64,000 nucleotides of DNA from Elusimicrobiota bacterium (GTDB taxonomy: Bacteria; Elusimicrobiota; Elusimicrobia; UBA1565; UBA9628). Below are positions 14,722 to 24,769 of this stretch, piece after piece. The notes beneath the pieces are model-generated. The model was not told the DNA's origin. It did not search any database and saw only the letters and a program-made list of their open reading frames with translations. Position numbers and translations under genes: made by a program. The first letter of the stretch is position 1, and each line of letters begins with the position of its first letter. The DNA lies in assembly GCA_027371715.1 (NCBI GenBank), contig DAHXMM010000003.1, forward strand, positions 30,758 through 94,757, in the 5' to 3' direction.

Positions 14722-16035
14722 ATGCCCTCTCGCACGCTAACCTTGACGCTCTCAGGCTTGGCTTTTGTCATCCTCGCCGCTGCTTCCGTTTCCGACTCGC
14801 ACCTAGCCCCTATTTTATTTCCCCTTTATGGATTTATTTTTTTATGGATGGGGCTTCGACAAGAGAGAGAGTTGCCGTTCGTATTTCTTTTTTTAGTTTC
14901 GGTCTCAGCGCTTCTTTCGGCCTCACGTCTTAAATCGCCCTGGAACCGCGAAATTTTCCTTGAGCTGGGGGCTTTGTGGCTTTTTCAGTTTTCCTGGGGC
15001 GTCTATCAAAACACGATTCTGGGTTCTCGCCGGGAACGCGAGATCAGAGTCAACGCCCTTCGTCTTAAAATCTCAGAAGAAGAAAAAGACGTCGAATATT
15101 ACAAGGCTTATCGAACGAAGGCCTTATCTCAAATTCAAAGTTCCCAAAACCTCACCGCCAGCGCCAAAAGTCTCGCCAATACTCTTTCGGCCTCCGAGGT
15201 TCACGATCGTTTGATTTCTATTCTCTCTTCTCGCTTTCCCTCGGCTCAAGTTGAAATTGTCGCTTCTCCCGGACAAGACCCGCTTCTCAATTTCGCCCAA
15301 ACCAGAAACGCCCCGACTCTGATCCGGGACGCTTGGGCAGACAAACGCTTTCACGAACTCTTGTCTCCTTACCGGTCCGGGATCTGTATTCCGCTTAAGG
15401 TCATGCGCCAGCCCGCGGGTTTTCTTAAAATTACCTCCAAAGAATCCGACGCTTTTGGGGCCGAAGAAGTAAAAGCCGCCGAGCTTTTCGTGGCGATGGC
15501 TTCCATGAGCCTTGAAAATATTCGCTTCTATGAACAGGTTCAAGCTCAATCGGTCAGGGATCCCCTGACTCAACTCTACAGCCACCGGGCTTTTCAAACC
15601 CAACTCCAAGAAGAGCTTCTGCGCGCCGGACGCAGCCAAACGCCCCTTTCTTTAATCATGATGGATATTGACCATTTTAAGTCTTATAACGACCGCTACG
15701 GCCACCCGGCCGGGGATTCCCTTCTTAAAACCGTTTCCGCTATTCTCAATTCTTTCGCTCGGCCCGTAGATTTCGCGGCCCGCTACGGGGGCGAGGAATT
15801 CTGCCTCATTTTGCCTAATTTTGTGCGCACGGAAGCCGTCGAAATCGCCAATCGCTTGAGGGTTCGGGTCGCCGCCCAACCCTTTTTCTTTAACGGCGAA
15901 AAAACTTCCGTGACCATAAGCCTCGGGGTCGCGAGCTTTCCGCAAGACGCGACCACCGCCAGCCAAATTATCCGCGTTGCCGATGAAAGACTCTATCAAG
16001 CCAAACACGGCGGGCGCAACCAGGTGGTGGGATGA
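14722..16035 (+). CDS. membrane-anchored GAF-GGDEF diguanylate cyclase
   Basis: N-terminal TM helices and a central GAF-like region. The C-terminal GGDEF domain shows DIDHFKSYNDRYGHPAGD and RYGGEEF. Confidence 0.85.
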   Translation: MPSRTLTLTLSGLAFVILAAASVSDSHLAPILFPLYGFIFLWMGLRQERELPFVFLFLVSVSALLSASRLKSPWNREIFLELGALWLFQFSWGVYQNTILGSRREREIRVNALRLKISEEEKDVEYYKAYRTKALSQIQSSQNLTASAKSLANTLSASEVHDRLISILSSRFPSAQVEIVASPGQDPLLNFAQTRNAPTLIRDAWADKRFHELLSPYRSGICIPLKVMRQPAGFLKITSKESDAFGAEEVKAAELFVAMASMSLENIRFYEQVQAQSVRDPLTQLYSHRAFQTQLQEELLRAGRSQTPLSLIMMDIDHFKSYNDRYGHPAGDSLLKTVSAILNSFARPVDFAARYGGEEFCLILPNFVRTEAVEIANRLRVRVAAQPFFFNGEKTSVTISLGVASFPQDATTASQIIRVADERLYQAKHGGRNQVVG

Positions 16036-17324
16036 ATTGGGTTTTTCCGTTTCTTTGCGCTTCCCCGGCTTTAATTTTCTGGAGCGCAAGGTTTTCCCAA
16101 AAACGTTTTCTCTGGGGCATTTTGGGATTTATTTTTTTCCTGGGCGCCCTCACCGCACTGACCTCTCCGCTTAATCTCAAAGAGACGGCCTTGACCTGCG
16201 GGTTCTGGTCAAGCGTGGCTTCTTTTTGGGCTTATACGGAATACGCCAAGGATCAGAAAAAAGACGCCGGCTCCAAGGCTTCCTTGCAAGAATTGATAGC
16301 AAAATCCGATGAAATTTCCAATCATCTTTCGGAACTTAAACTCGAAAGCGTCAAAATTGAACGCGAGCAAAAAAAGACCTTGGCCCTTTACGGGGCGGTC
16401 AAAAGCCTCGCCCAAGCCTTGGGATGGGAAGACACCAAGCCCATTCTTGAGTCGGCGGTCGATCAATATCTGGGGGCGACGGCCTATTCATTTTACGTGA
16501 GTTCTTCAAGCGGAAACGCCCATTTCGACTCTCTCTTATATCGCGGCCTTCACGATTCTCCCGGCTCTTCCGCCGCATCTCTCATGAAATGCCTCGAACA
16601 AAACTCTCTCTCCTATCGCCAAGCGTGCTTAATCCATTCTCCGGAAGAGGCGATAGTGACCCCCTTTGAAGACAACGGCGAAGTTTTAGGTCTTTTTTAC
16701 GCCAAAGTTCCTCATGGCTCCAATTCAGATGAGTTCTTAAAAAACTCAAAAATTTTCGCCGGAGAAATTGCCTTCGCTTTTAGAAGACTCAAGCTCTTTC
16801 AAGACGTGGAGAACCTCTCCCGCATTGACGGCCTGACCGGAGCGCATCGCCGGGGAGAATTCGAAGAAAGGCTCCGCCATGAAATCGTCCGCGCGCGGAC
16901 CTTTAAAACCACGCTTGGAATTCTTATGCTCGATATCGACCACTTTAAAAAACTTAACGATCGCTACGGCCACCCTTTCGGAGACCAGGTCTTGAAAAAA
17001 GTCGGCGAAATTTTAAACGCCTCAGTCTATGAAACCGACTTCGTCGCCCGCTACGGCGGAGAAGAATTCGTCGTCATCTTGCCGCGCGCGGAACCCGCTG
17101 GAGCCCTTAGAAAGGCCGAAGCGATACGCGCCGCGATAGAGGCCGAAAAATTTTCCATCGCTTTTGAAACAATTTCAATTTCGGTTTCTATTGGAATGTC
17201 TCATTTTCCAAGAGACGCCTCCGCTCCAGAAACCCTGGTTCAGGAAGCTGATCGCGCCCTTTACGCGGCAAAAGACCAAGGGAGAAACCAAGTCGTAGAC
17301 GCAAGCCAGGTCAAAAAATCGTAA
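16032..17324 (+). CDS. membrane-anchored GGDEF diguanylate cyclase (second, tandem)
   Basis: ATGA overlap with the previous gene. TM N-terminus and GGDEF domain (DIDHFKKLNDRYGHPFGD, RYGGEEF). Confidence 0.85.
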   Translation: MNWVFPFLCASPALIFWSARFSQKRFLWGILGFIFFLGALTALTSPLNLKETALTCGFWSSVASFWAYTEYAKDQKKDAGSKASLQELIAKSDEISNHLSELKLESVKIEREQKKTLALYGAVKSLAQALGWEDTKPILESAVDQYLGATAYSFYVSSSSGNAHFDSLLYRGLHDSPGSSAASLMKCLEQNSLSYRQACLIHSPEEAIVTPFEDNGEVLGLFYAKVPHGSNSDEFLKNSKIFAGEIAFAFRRLKLFQDVENLSRIDGLTGAHRRGEFEERLRHEIVRARTFKTTLGILMLDIDHFKKLNDRYGHPFGDQVLKKVGEILNASVYETDFVARYGGEEFVVILPRAEPAGALRKAEAIRAAIEAEKFSIAFETISISVSIGMSHFPRDASAPETLVQEADRALYAAKDQGRNQVVDASQVKKS

Positions 17325-17360
17325 AAAAACATCATCTTCGTTAAATGAAAAGGAAAAACA

Positions 17361-18386
17361 ATGGATCATCTTAATCCCGAACCAGCCTCCGCTCCGGAAA
17401 CGCCCTCTCCTCAGCTCCTCAAAAAAAAGCTGATCAAGTCTCTCATCATGGTTTACGCCTTGACGATTTTGTTGGGGTTAGTCTTTCTCCTCAAAAAACG
17501 CCCATCAAACCCCGATTTCAATATCGGAAAGCAAGCGGAAAGTTTTCTAGCTTTATCCAAGGAAGATAAAATTGGCGTCGTCGCCATTCACGGGCCGATT
17601 TCTTTGTCCGATGACGGACGCCCCTGGGATAACTCCGGCGCCGAGGGTTGGGAAAAACGAATCATAAAACTCGCCAATACCCGCGGGGTCAAGGCCATTA
17701 TTCTTGACATCAATTCCCCCGGCGGCTCGGTCGGAGCGGTTCAGGAACTCTACAGCGAAATTCTTCGCATCCGCAGAACCAAGCACATTCCCTTCGTCGC
17801 GTCTTTCGGAGACGTCGCCGCTTCCGGCGGTTACTATATCGCTTCCGCTTGCGACAAAATCGTCGCCCATCCTGGAACCTTGACGGGTTCTATCGGGGTT
17901 ATTTTTGACGCGACCGATCTTCAAGGTCTTTTTCATAAAATTGGGGTCAAAATGTCGCCGATAAAATCTGGAAAATTTAAGGATATCGGTTCTCCCGCCC
18001 GCGCGATGACCCCGGAAGAAAAGCGTCTTCTTCAAAGAATTATTGATGATACTTATGAGCAGTTTTTATCCGCGGTCAGCCTCGGGCGAGATATTCCAAA
18101 AGAAAAACTTCGCCCCATCGCGGACGGCCGCATTTTTTCAGGAAACCAGGCGCTCAAAGATCATCTCGTCGATCAATTGGGAGATTTTCATGACGCGGTG
18201 GCCCTGGCGGCCAAACTCGGCGGCATATCAGGAAAGCCTAAAATTATTCGCGGACATGGAAATTTAGATGAGCTTTTGAACATGCTTAATTCCAAATTCC
18301 TGGGCGGGCCGCTTTCCAGCGCGTCTTTAATCGGCCAAATTTCAATGCCCCGCGCGGGGCTGGAATATTTGTGGACAGGATATTAA
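17361..18386 (+). CDS. sppA: signal peptide peptidase SppA (36K type, S49)
   Basis: ILDINSPGGSVGA and DVAASGGYYIASACDKI motifs, with an N-terminal TM anchor. Confidence 0.85.
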   Translation: MDHLNPEPASAPETPSPQLLKKKLIKSLIMVYALTILLGLVFLLKKRPSNPDFNIGKQAESFLALSKEDKIGVVAIHGPISLSDDGRPWDNSGAEGWEKRIIKLANTRGVKAIILDINSPGGSVGAVQELYSEILRIRRTKHIPFVASFGDVAASGGYYIASACDKIVAHPGTLTGSIGVIFDATDLQGLFHKIGVKMSPIKSGKFKDIGSPARAMTPEEKRLLQRIIDDTYEQFLSAVSLGRDIPKEKLRPIADGRIFSGNQALKDHLVDQLGDFHDAVALAAKLGGISGKPKIIRGHGNLDELLNMLNSKFLGGPLSSASLIGQISMPRAGLEYLWTGY

Positions 18387-18389
18387 TTC

Positions 18390-18953
18390 ATGAGCCTTTC
18401 TGAAATTTTTTACGATTATCTGGAAGAACCGGACAAAGCCAGGGAAGAGATAACCGTTCGTCCGCCCATGGCCTTGGCCCTTGGCGGCTTTTTAACGGCG
18501 GCCCTTTCTTTGTCTCTCTGGAATAGCCTTAAAACCGGGGGGCTTGTTTTTTTCACCCTTAAGGCGGGAGCTATTTTCCTTTGGAATCTCTTTTCGGCCT
18601 TTTTATGGGCCGCCTTGATTCATTGGTATGCCTCCATCAAAAGCCCCGAGCCGTTAGCTCCAAAAACGGCAAAATCTATCCTCGTCTATTTCGGGCTTTC
18701 TGATTTCGCCTGGAGTTTGACGGCGGTGGCGGCCTTCGCTTCTCTCCTTGAACGTCCTTGGCGCTATTTTTCTCTTTTGATCTTCGCTCTCTCCGCCTTT
18801 TTAAATTTCGCGCTCAAAGCGCGAGGAGTTAAAAGCGTTTACCGGTTTTCCGGGCCCAAATCCTGGCTCTTGATTTTAGCCCCCTATGCCGCGTTTTTCA
18901 TTTTTGGAATGAGCTTTCTCATTTTCAGTCTTCTAGGATTATTCTTGCGTTAG
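18390..18953 (+). CDS. hypothetical membrane protein (Yip1-like topology)
   Basis: Four to five hydrophobic helices. It lies 3 nt after sppA. Confidence 0.45.
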   Translation: MSLSEIFYDYLEEPDKAREEITVRPPMALALGGFLTAALSLSLWNSLKTGGLVFFTLKAGAIFLWNLFSAFLWAALIHWYASIKSPEPLAPKTAKSILVYFGLSDFAWSLTAVAAFASLLERPWRYFSLLIFALSAFLNFALKARGVKSVYRFSGPKSWLLILAPYAAFFIFGMSFLIFSLLGLFLR

Positions 18954-18958
18954 CATTC

Positions 18959-19678
18959 ATGGGACAAGAAATTATTTCGGAAACCTTTGACGGTCTTCCG
19001 GCGGCGACAAGCGCCGAGATGCGACTTTTGGATCTGCGGGCCCAAGAGCGTCATGGTCTTTCCTCCGAGCAACTCATGGAAAACGCGGGAAAAGCCGCGA
19101 CTCAAGAAATAACTGACTTTCCAGGTCTTTCGCCCCAAGCTCAAATAACCATCGCCTGCGGCCGGGGATTTAACGGCGGAGACGGACTCGTCATCGCCCG
19201 CCTCTTAGCGGAGAAAAATTTTTTAGTTCAGGTCTTTATTTGTCCACCCAAAAAAGATGCAGTTTATCCGCCCCTGGTTTCTACCCAGATGGAACGCGCC
19301 CAAAAAGCCGGGGTTCTCGTCATCCCTTTTGAGGAAAACGAGATCTTTTCAAAAGAGCTTGAAAAATCCGTTCTCATCGTAGACGCCCTTTTGGGAACCG
19401 GCTCCAGTGGAAAGCCCACCGGGTGCGCCCATTTCATGATTCAAGAAATTGCGCGTTCCAAAAAACTAGTGATTGCCATAGACATCCCTTCCGGAATTAA
19501 CCCCGACACGGGGCATCACAGCGGCGCTTTTATAACAGCCACAGAAACGCTGACCTTTGGGCTTCCCAAGCGCGGTCTTCTTTTCCCCCATTCCCAAAAA
19601 AACGTCGGCCGTCTCAAAGTGCTTGACATCGGATACCCGCCGGATTTAATCAAGTCAGTCGTTTCCCGCACAAGATGA
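18959..19678 (+). CDS. nnrE: NAD(P)H-hydrate epimerase (YjeF N-terminal domain only)
   Basis: CGRGFNGGDGLVIARLL and DALLGTG motifs typical of YjeF_N. Confidence 0.8.
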   Translation: MGQEIISETFDGLPAATSAEMRLLDLRAQERHGLSSEQLMENAGKAATQEITDFPGLSPQAQITIACGRGFNGGDGLVIARLLAEKNFLVQVFICPPKKDAVYPPLVSTQMERAQKAGVLVIPFEENEIFSKELEKSVLIVDALLGTGSSGKPTGCAHFMIQEIARSKKLVIAIDIPSGINPDTGHHSGAFITATETLTFGLPKRGLLFPHSQKNVGRLKVLDIGYPPDLIKSVVSRTR

Positions 19679-20904
19679 GCCTCCCCCTCTCACGTCCCAA
19701 GGCTCTTTCAGTCTCGGAACTCTGTGTTCGCGTTCATGACCTTCTCGAACAAACCTACCCCCAGGTTTGGGTGGAAGGCGAAATTTCCAATTGTCGGTTA
19801 TATCCCTCCGGCCACACTTACTTGACGCTCAAAGACGCTGAGGCCCAAATCCCGGCGGTTCTATTTCGTGGAATGGCTACGGGAATTAAATTTAAACCGG
19901 AAGATGGGCTCAAGGTTCTAGTCAACGGCCGCGTTTCAGTTTACACAAAAAGAGGAGACTTACAGCTGATTCTTTCTTCCATCGAACCCCTGGAAAAAGG
20001 CGGATTGCAACTGGCCTTTGAACAACTCAAAGCCAAACTGGAAAAAGAAGGCCTTTTTGACGCCGCGAGAAAAAAACCTCTCCCAGAGTATCCCCAGACT
20101 ATAGGCGTTATTACGTCCCTTCAAGGGGCCGCCGTTCGAGACATCATCCACGTTTTAACCCGCCGGTGGCCGGAAACTCAGGTTCTCATTTTGCCGGTCC
20201 AGGTTCAGGGAGACGCGGCGGCCCCTGAAATCGCCCAGGCCATTCAGGATTTTAACCGGCATTTCCCCAAGACCGATGTTTTGCTGGTCGGCCGCGGCGG
20301 TGGAAGTCTGGAAGACCTGTGGGCGTTTAATGAAGAAATAGTCGCCCGCGCCATTGCCGAATCTCAAATTCCCATTATCTCCTGCGTGGGACACGAAACT
20401 GATTTTACCATCGCCGACTTTGTGGCGGATCTCCGCGCGCCAACGCCCTCGGCCGCAGCCGAGATGGCGGTTCCAGACGCGCAAAATGTCCAACAAAATC
20501 TTAAGTCCCTCAAACGATCTCTCGCTCAAAATATGGGAAACCTGATTCAAGTTTTTGAACAGCGACTGAAGACTTTTTCCCAACACCCATTTCTCAAAAG
20601 CCCGCGCCGAATGTATGAAGAATTTAGCCGAAGGCTGGATGAAACCGCCTCTGATCTTGAACGCGCGCTCACAACTAAACTTGAGATTTTAGAAAATCGT
20701 TTGGCCCTTCAAAGCGGACGCCTGGACGCCCTCAGTCCTCTCAAAGTTCTCGCACGCGGGTATTCCGTCGCCCGCAAATGGCCCGGTCTTCAAGTCCTTC
20801 GTTCCGAAAAAGACGTTCAAAATAAAGACGTCCTCTTACTTCGCCTCAATGACGGCGAAATTTTCTGCGAGGTCAAGGAAAAAAAACATGAGCAAAGAAA
20901 CTAA
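19675..20904 (+). CDS. xseA: exodeoxyribonuclease VII large subunit
   Basis: N-terminal OB fold (VWVEGEISN...SGHTYLTLKD) and the GRGGGSLEDLWAFNEE motif. Confidence 0.9.
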   Translation: MSLPLSRPKALSVSELCVRVHDLLEQTYPQVWVEGEISNCRLYPSGHTYLTLKDAEAQIPAVLFRGMATGIKFKPEDGLKVLVNGRVSVYTKRGDLQLILSSIEPLEKGGLQLAFEQLKAKLEKEGLFDAARKKPLPEYPQTIGVITSLQGAAVRDIIHVLTRRWPETQVLILPVQVQGDAAAPEIAQAIQDFNRHFPKTDVLLVGRGGGSLEDLWAFNEEIVARAIAESQIPIISCVGHETDFTIADFVADLRAPTPSAAAEMAVPDAQNVQQNLKSLKRSLAQNMGNLIQVFEQRLKTFSQHPFLKSPRRMYEEFSRRLDETASDLERALTTKLEILENRLALQSGRLDALSPLKVLARGYSVARKWPGLQVLRSEKDVQNKDVLLLRLNDGEIFCEVKEKKHEQRN

Positions 20905-21133
20905 AGAACCCAAAAAAGAATCGTTTGAGGCTTCTCTCAAAAAGTTGGAAAATTATGTTCAAACGCTGGAAGCGGGAGACAAAGGTATCGAGGAAAGTCT
21001 TGAGGTTTTTGAAAAAGGCGTGGCCCTGGCGAAAGAACTGTCCAAACGCCTGGAAGAAGCCAAAAAGAAAGTAGAAGTTCTTGCTAAAGAAGACAGCGGG
21101 TTTTCCCAAAAGCCTTTATCCGAATCAGAATGA
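20888..21133 (+). CDS. xseB: exodeoxyribonuclease VII small subunit
   Basis: Start moved to the internal ATG (MSKETKEP...). FEASLKKLENYVQTLEAG...LEESLEVFEKGVAL is typical XseB. It overlaps the xseA end. Confidence 0.8.
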   Translation: MSKETKEPKKESFEASLKKLENYVQTLEAGDKGIEESLEVFEKGVALAKELSKRLEEAKKKVEVLAKEDSGFSQKPLSESE

Positions 21134-21305
21134 CGTTCCCCCATTTTTTAGGCCGGGATAAATTGGTTATTTTTGGGGTTAAGCCGCTGAGCGCTCCATG
21201 CGGCCTTGGCTCACAACGAAGCCCCGTCCCAAAAGCGCCCTGGCCAATTGCTCATATTATTTCTTTCCAAGCCCTAAGCCCTAACCCGCCCAAAAAGGTT
21301 TCTGT

Positions 21306-21470
21306 TTAGGCTTTTTTGTTTTCTTCCACGAATTTGCGGATATCCTCGATATGTTCGAGAATCAAAGCCGCTTTTCCAAGCCCGAATTGAAAGGGAAACT
21401 TATCCTCGGCATTCCGTTTAAGGATAATCATTTTATTTCCCTTAAATTCTCCGAATTCAACCATTCCCAT
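21306..21470 (-). CDS. small hypothetical protein (54 aa, below the ORF-track cutoff)
   Basis: ATG at 21470 is preceded by AGGAGG. Translation is MGMVEFGEFKGNKMIILKRNAEDKFPFQFGLGKAALILEHIEDIRKFVEENKKA. It lies downstream of purD on the same strand. Confidence 0.4.
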   Translation of the reverse strand: MGMVEFGEFKGNKMIILKRNAEDKFPFQFGLGKAALILEHIEDIRKFVEENKKA

Positions 21471-21568
21471 AGCGCCTCCTGACTCTTTGATTTACCGTCT
21501 TTTGAGAAACGAAAATCAGCGATTTTCCTAAATGAGCAGCCATACTCTTAAATTATACGTTCAAAAAT

Positions 21569-22822
21569 TTATTTTGCGATATCTTTTCTTAACGCTTTCC
21601 CCTGAAAAAAAATCTTGGCCGCACTTTGATACGCGCTGTTGCGAGCTTTCGTAAGGCGCGTCCCCACCGCAACCACGCTTAAAACCCGGCCCCCCGCGGT
21701 CTTCCATTCTCCGTTTTTTAACGCAGTCCCGCAGTGAAAAATTTGAACGCCCCGGTTTTCCCCGCCAAGACCCAAAATCTTCCTTCCTATTTTAATCTTT
21801 TCCGGGTAGCCTTCGGAAACTAAATTGACGCAAACCGATGATTTTTTAAGAACTTTAATTTTGAGGCCTTTAAGCTTTTTTTGGGATGTCGCCCACAACA
21901 AGGCCAGGAAATCAGATTGAATCAGCGGCAAAGCCGTCTGGGTTTCCGGATCTCCAAAACGACAGTTAAACTCCAAAACCTTGACGCCCTCCGGCGTCAG
22001 CATCAACCCGCAATACAAAAGCCCCCGATAATCCATTTTTTCCCGGCGAATGCCCGTCAGGGTTTCCCTAAAAATTGTCTCTATTTCGTTTGTTGTTTTT
22101 ATCGAAACAGAAACCGGCGCAAAGGCCCCCATACCGCCGGTGTTAGGGCCCCGGTCTCCGTCTTTAAGACGCTTATGGTCGCGGCTTAAAGGCAGTAAAA
22201 CAAAATCCCTCCCATCGGTTAAGGCCATCGCGCTTAATTCCGGGCCGGCCAAACATTCTTCGATCACCACCCTCTCACCGGCGTCCTTAAATATTCTTTC
22301 TTTCATTAATTTTCTGGCTGAAATCAAAGCGTCTTCTTTACTCTCGCAGACAAAAACGCCTTTCCCTCCGGCCAGGCCGCTGGCCTTGACCACCAAGGGC
22401 CTTTCCGAAATTTGGTTTAAATAGCGGGAAACGTCTGAGAAATTTTTAAACGCCTTAAAATGAGCGGTGGGAATCGCGTATTTTTTCATAAAATTCTTGG
22501 CAAAGACCTTCGAGGACTCAAGACGAGCGCCGCGCCTGGTCGGGCCAAAACAGGCAATTTTTCTTTTTATCAGTTCATCGGCGACTCCCGCCGCCAAAGG
22601 TCCTTCGGGGCCAACCACCACGAGATTAATTTTATTTTCGACCGCGAACGCGGCGACGGCTTTTGGGCTTAAACAATTAATATCGGCGCAAACAGCCAGA
22701 CACGCAATCGCATCCGAGCCGGGAGCGCAAAAAAGCTTGCCCAAATAGGGGCTTAGCCTAATTTTTTCGCAGAGAACGTGTTCCCGCCCGCCGGAACCCA
22801 AGACCAAAACGTTTAATTTCAA
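21569..22822 (-). CDS. purD: phosphoribosylamine--glycine ligase
   Basis: I place the start at TTG 22822..22820, giving (M)KLNVLVLGSGGREHVL. It forms a TTGA overlap with the purF stop. The ATG at 22897 would overlap purF by 79 nt. ATP-grasp body. Confidence 0.9.
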   Translation of the reverse strand: MKLNVLVLGSGGREHVLCEKIRLSPYLGKLFCAPGSDAIACLAVCADINCLSPKAVAAFAVENKINLVVVGPEGPLAAGVADELIKRKIACFGPTRRGARLESSKVFAKNFMKKYAIPTAHFKAFKNFSDVSRYLNQISERPLVVKASGLAGGKGVFVCESKEDALISARKLMKERIFKDAGERVVIEECLAGPELSAMALTDGRDFVLLPLSRDHKRLKDGDRGPNTGGMGAFAPVSVSIKTTNEIETIFRETLTGIRREKMDYRGLLYCGLMLTPEGVKVLEFNCRFGDPETQTALPLIQSDFLALLWATSQKKLKGLKIKVLKKSSVCVNLVSEGYPEKIKIGRKILGLGGENRGVQIFHCGTALKNGEWKTAGGRVLSVVAVGTRLTKARNSAYQSAAKIFFQGKALRKDIAK

Positions 22823-24186
22823 GAGCCAACCTTTTGGAAACTCAAGGCTTGAGTTGGAGTTCTGATCGGATAGTTCTTCGTAAAACACGCGTCGCAAAAA
22901 CCGGCTCCGCCGGCGGCCGCAAGCATCGCGTCAAGACTCAGATAGTGAAGGCTATCAACCCCGATAAAATCCCGAATTTCCTCAAGCTTTCTCTGGTTGG
23001 CAATCAAGGCCTCTGACTTGGGAGTATCAATCCCGTAATAGCACGCGGAAACAATCGGGGGGCTGGTAATTCCCATGTGGATTTCCAGTGCGCCGGCTTC
23101 TCTTAAGCTTCGCGCAATTTTACGGGAGGTGGTTCCGCGAACAATGGAATCGTCAATTAAGATCACTTTTTTCCCTTTCAAGGCCTCGGAGACTGGACTT
23201 AATTTTAAATCGACCGCCATTTCCCGCATCTCCTGGCTGGGACGAATAAAAGTGCGGCTAATGTAGTGGCTGCGAACCAATCCTACCTCAAATGGAATTT
23301 GAGATTCTCTTGAAAACCCAAGGGCCGCCGGCACCCCGGAATCGGGAACCGGCATCACGAAATCGGCTTTAACTTCCCTCATTTGTCGCGCCAGGAACTT
23401 TCCTAATTCTTGCCGCACGGCCTGAACGCTTTTTCCAAAAACCACGGAATCCGGACGCGAAAAATAAACGAGTTCAAAAACGCAACGCGCAGAACTAAGA
23501 CGAGGCAAAGCCTTAACGCTTTTCAAAACTCCTTCTCGAATAAAGACTATCTCGCCGGGTTCTATCTCGCGAATATAAGAAGCCTTAATCAAAGACAAGG
23601 CCGTTGTTTCAGAGCTGACTACATAAGAATTTCCCAACTTTCCCAAAACCAGCGGACGAAACCCATGGGGGTCCCGGCAAGCGATCATTTGGTCCCGAGT
23701 CAAAATGAGAAGCGAATAAGCTCCTTCTACTTTTTTAAGGGCTTCAACAAGCGCCTCGTCAAAATCGCTAGAAGCATGGGCCAACAAATGTAAAATCGCC
23801 TCGGAATCGGTTGAGGAATGGAAAATAGCTCCCCTGGCTTCAAGAGCCTTGCGAATTTCAGAAGCGTTGGTCAAATTTCCATTGTGGCCCAAGGCCAACA
23901 CCCCGTGCCGGGTTTTGGAGACAAGGGGCTGGGCGTTTTTTATGTGGCTTGAACCCGTGGTCGAATAGCGCACATGCCCGATGGCGGAAGTCCCATTTAA
24001 CTTTTCAATTCTTTTTTCGGAAAAAACCTCGCCGGCAATTCCCATTCCGGTATGAGAATTCATCTGGCCGTTTAAAACTGAAGCGATGCCCGCCGATTCC
24101 TGACCGCGATGCTGAAGAGCAAAAAGACTTAAATAAGTCAGGTGAGCGGCGTCGGGATGATTTTCAATTCCAAAGATTCCGCACAT
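22819..24186 (-). CDS. purF: amidophosphoribosyltransferase
   Basis: MCGIFG N-terminal nucleophile and the PRTase motif VILIDDSIVRGTTS. Confidence 0.9.
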   Translation of the reverse strand: MCGIFGIENHPDAAHLTYLSLFALQHRGQESAGIASVLNGQMNSHTGMGIAGEVFSEKRIEKLNGTSAIGHVRYSTTGSSHIKNAQPLVSKTRHGVLALGHNGNLTNASEIRKALEARGAIFHSSTDSEAILHLLAHASSDFDEALVEALKKVEGAYSLLILTRDQMIACRDPHGFRPLVLGKLGNSYVVSSETTALSLIKASYIREIEPGEIVFIREGVLKSVKALPRLSSARCVFELVYFSRPDSVVFGKSVQAVRQELGKFLARQMREVKADFVMPVPDSGVPAALGFSRESQIPFEVGLVRSHYISRTFIRPSQEMREMAVDLKLSPVSEALKGKKVILIDDSIVRGTTSRKIARSLREAGALEIHMGITSPPIVSACYYGIDTPKSEALIANQRKLEEIRDFIGVDSLHYLSLDAMLAAAGGAGFCDACFTKNYPIRTPTQALSFQKVGS

Positions 24187-24205
24187 GTTCAGATTCTCTC
24201 CTTCT

Positions 24206-24769
24206 TTAACAACTCCGCTTGACGGAATTCCAACGCTCTAAAATATCCTTAAGCTCGTCTAAAGCCGAAAAGCGGCTTAACCATTCCTGGATATAAACCA
24301 GGTCGATATCTTTTTTCTTACGCGCCCAAATTCCACTGGCATCCTCGATATCGCGAGGCCTGCCCGCAATGAGTTTGTAAATCAGCAAATCATCGGCGCG
24401 AATAAAACGTACGGCTGTACCAGCGACAAGAACAGATTCGGCGCGCGCAATAGCCGCTCTTTCGTAAGGCAAATCCGAAAAAAGGAAATCGACGCGAACT
24501 TTCGAATGCTTATCCATAACAGGGAAAACATTGGTCTCTCGCGCGAAAGAAGCTGGATTTTCGCACGCAGGTTTAAAATCATTTTTGGCGAGAGCTTTTT
24601 CAAAATGCGCGGCATTCTCAACACTGACGCCCAACGTAATATCGATGTCGCGAGTGAAACGCGGCTCTCCATGGATTAAAACCGCTTGCCCACCGATAAT
24701 CATGTAAGGAATGCCTTCTCTATCTAGTATTCCAGCAATCCGGGATAAGAGTTTTTCCAACCGGTTCAT
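24206..24769 (-). CDS. minimal nucleotidyltransferase-fold protein (AbiEii/MNT-like)
   Basis: IIGGQAVLIHGEPRFTRDIDI matches the GG-x-A...G-x-x-R-x-T-x-D-x-D nucleotidyltransferase signature. There is an ATGA overlap with the upstream 76-aa ORF. Confidence 0.55.
   Translation of the reverse strand: MNRLEKLLSRIAGILDREGIPYMIIGGQAVLIHGEPRFTRDIDITLGVSVENAAHFEKALAKNDFKPACENPASFARETNVFPVMDKHSKVRVDFLFSDLPYERAAIARAESVLVAGTAVRFIRADDLLIYKLIAGRPRDIEDASGIWARKKKDIDLVYIQEWLSRFSALDELKDILERWNSVKRSC

Noticed and set aside
15124-15639. 171-aa minus-strand ORF
   Set aside because: It is antisense to the first GGDEF gene and is a shadow ORF.
21270-21295. GCCCTAAGCCCTAACCC, two telomere-like CCCTAA units
   Set aside because: There are only two units in a convergent intergenic spacer, which is most likely chance.
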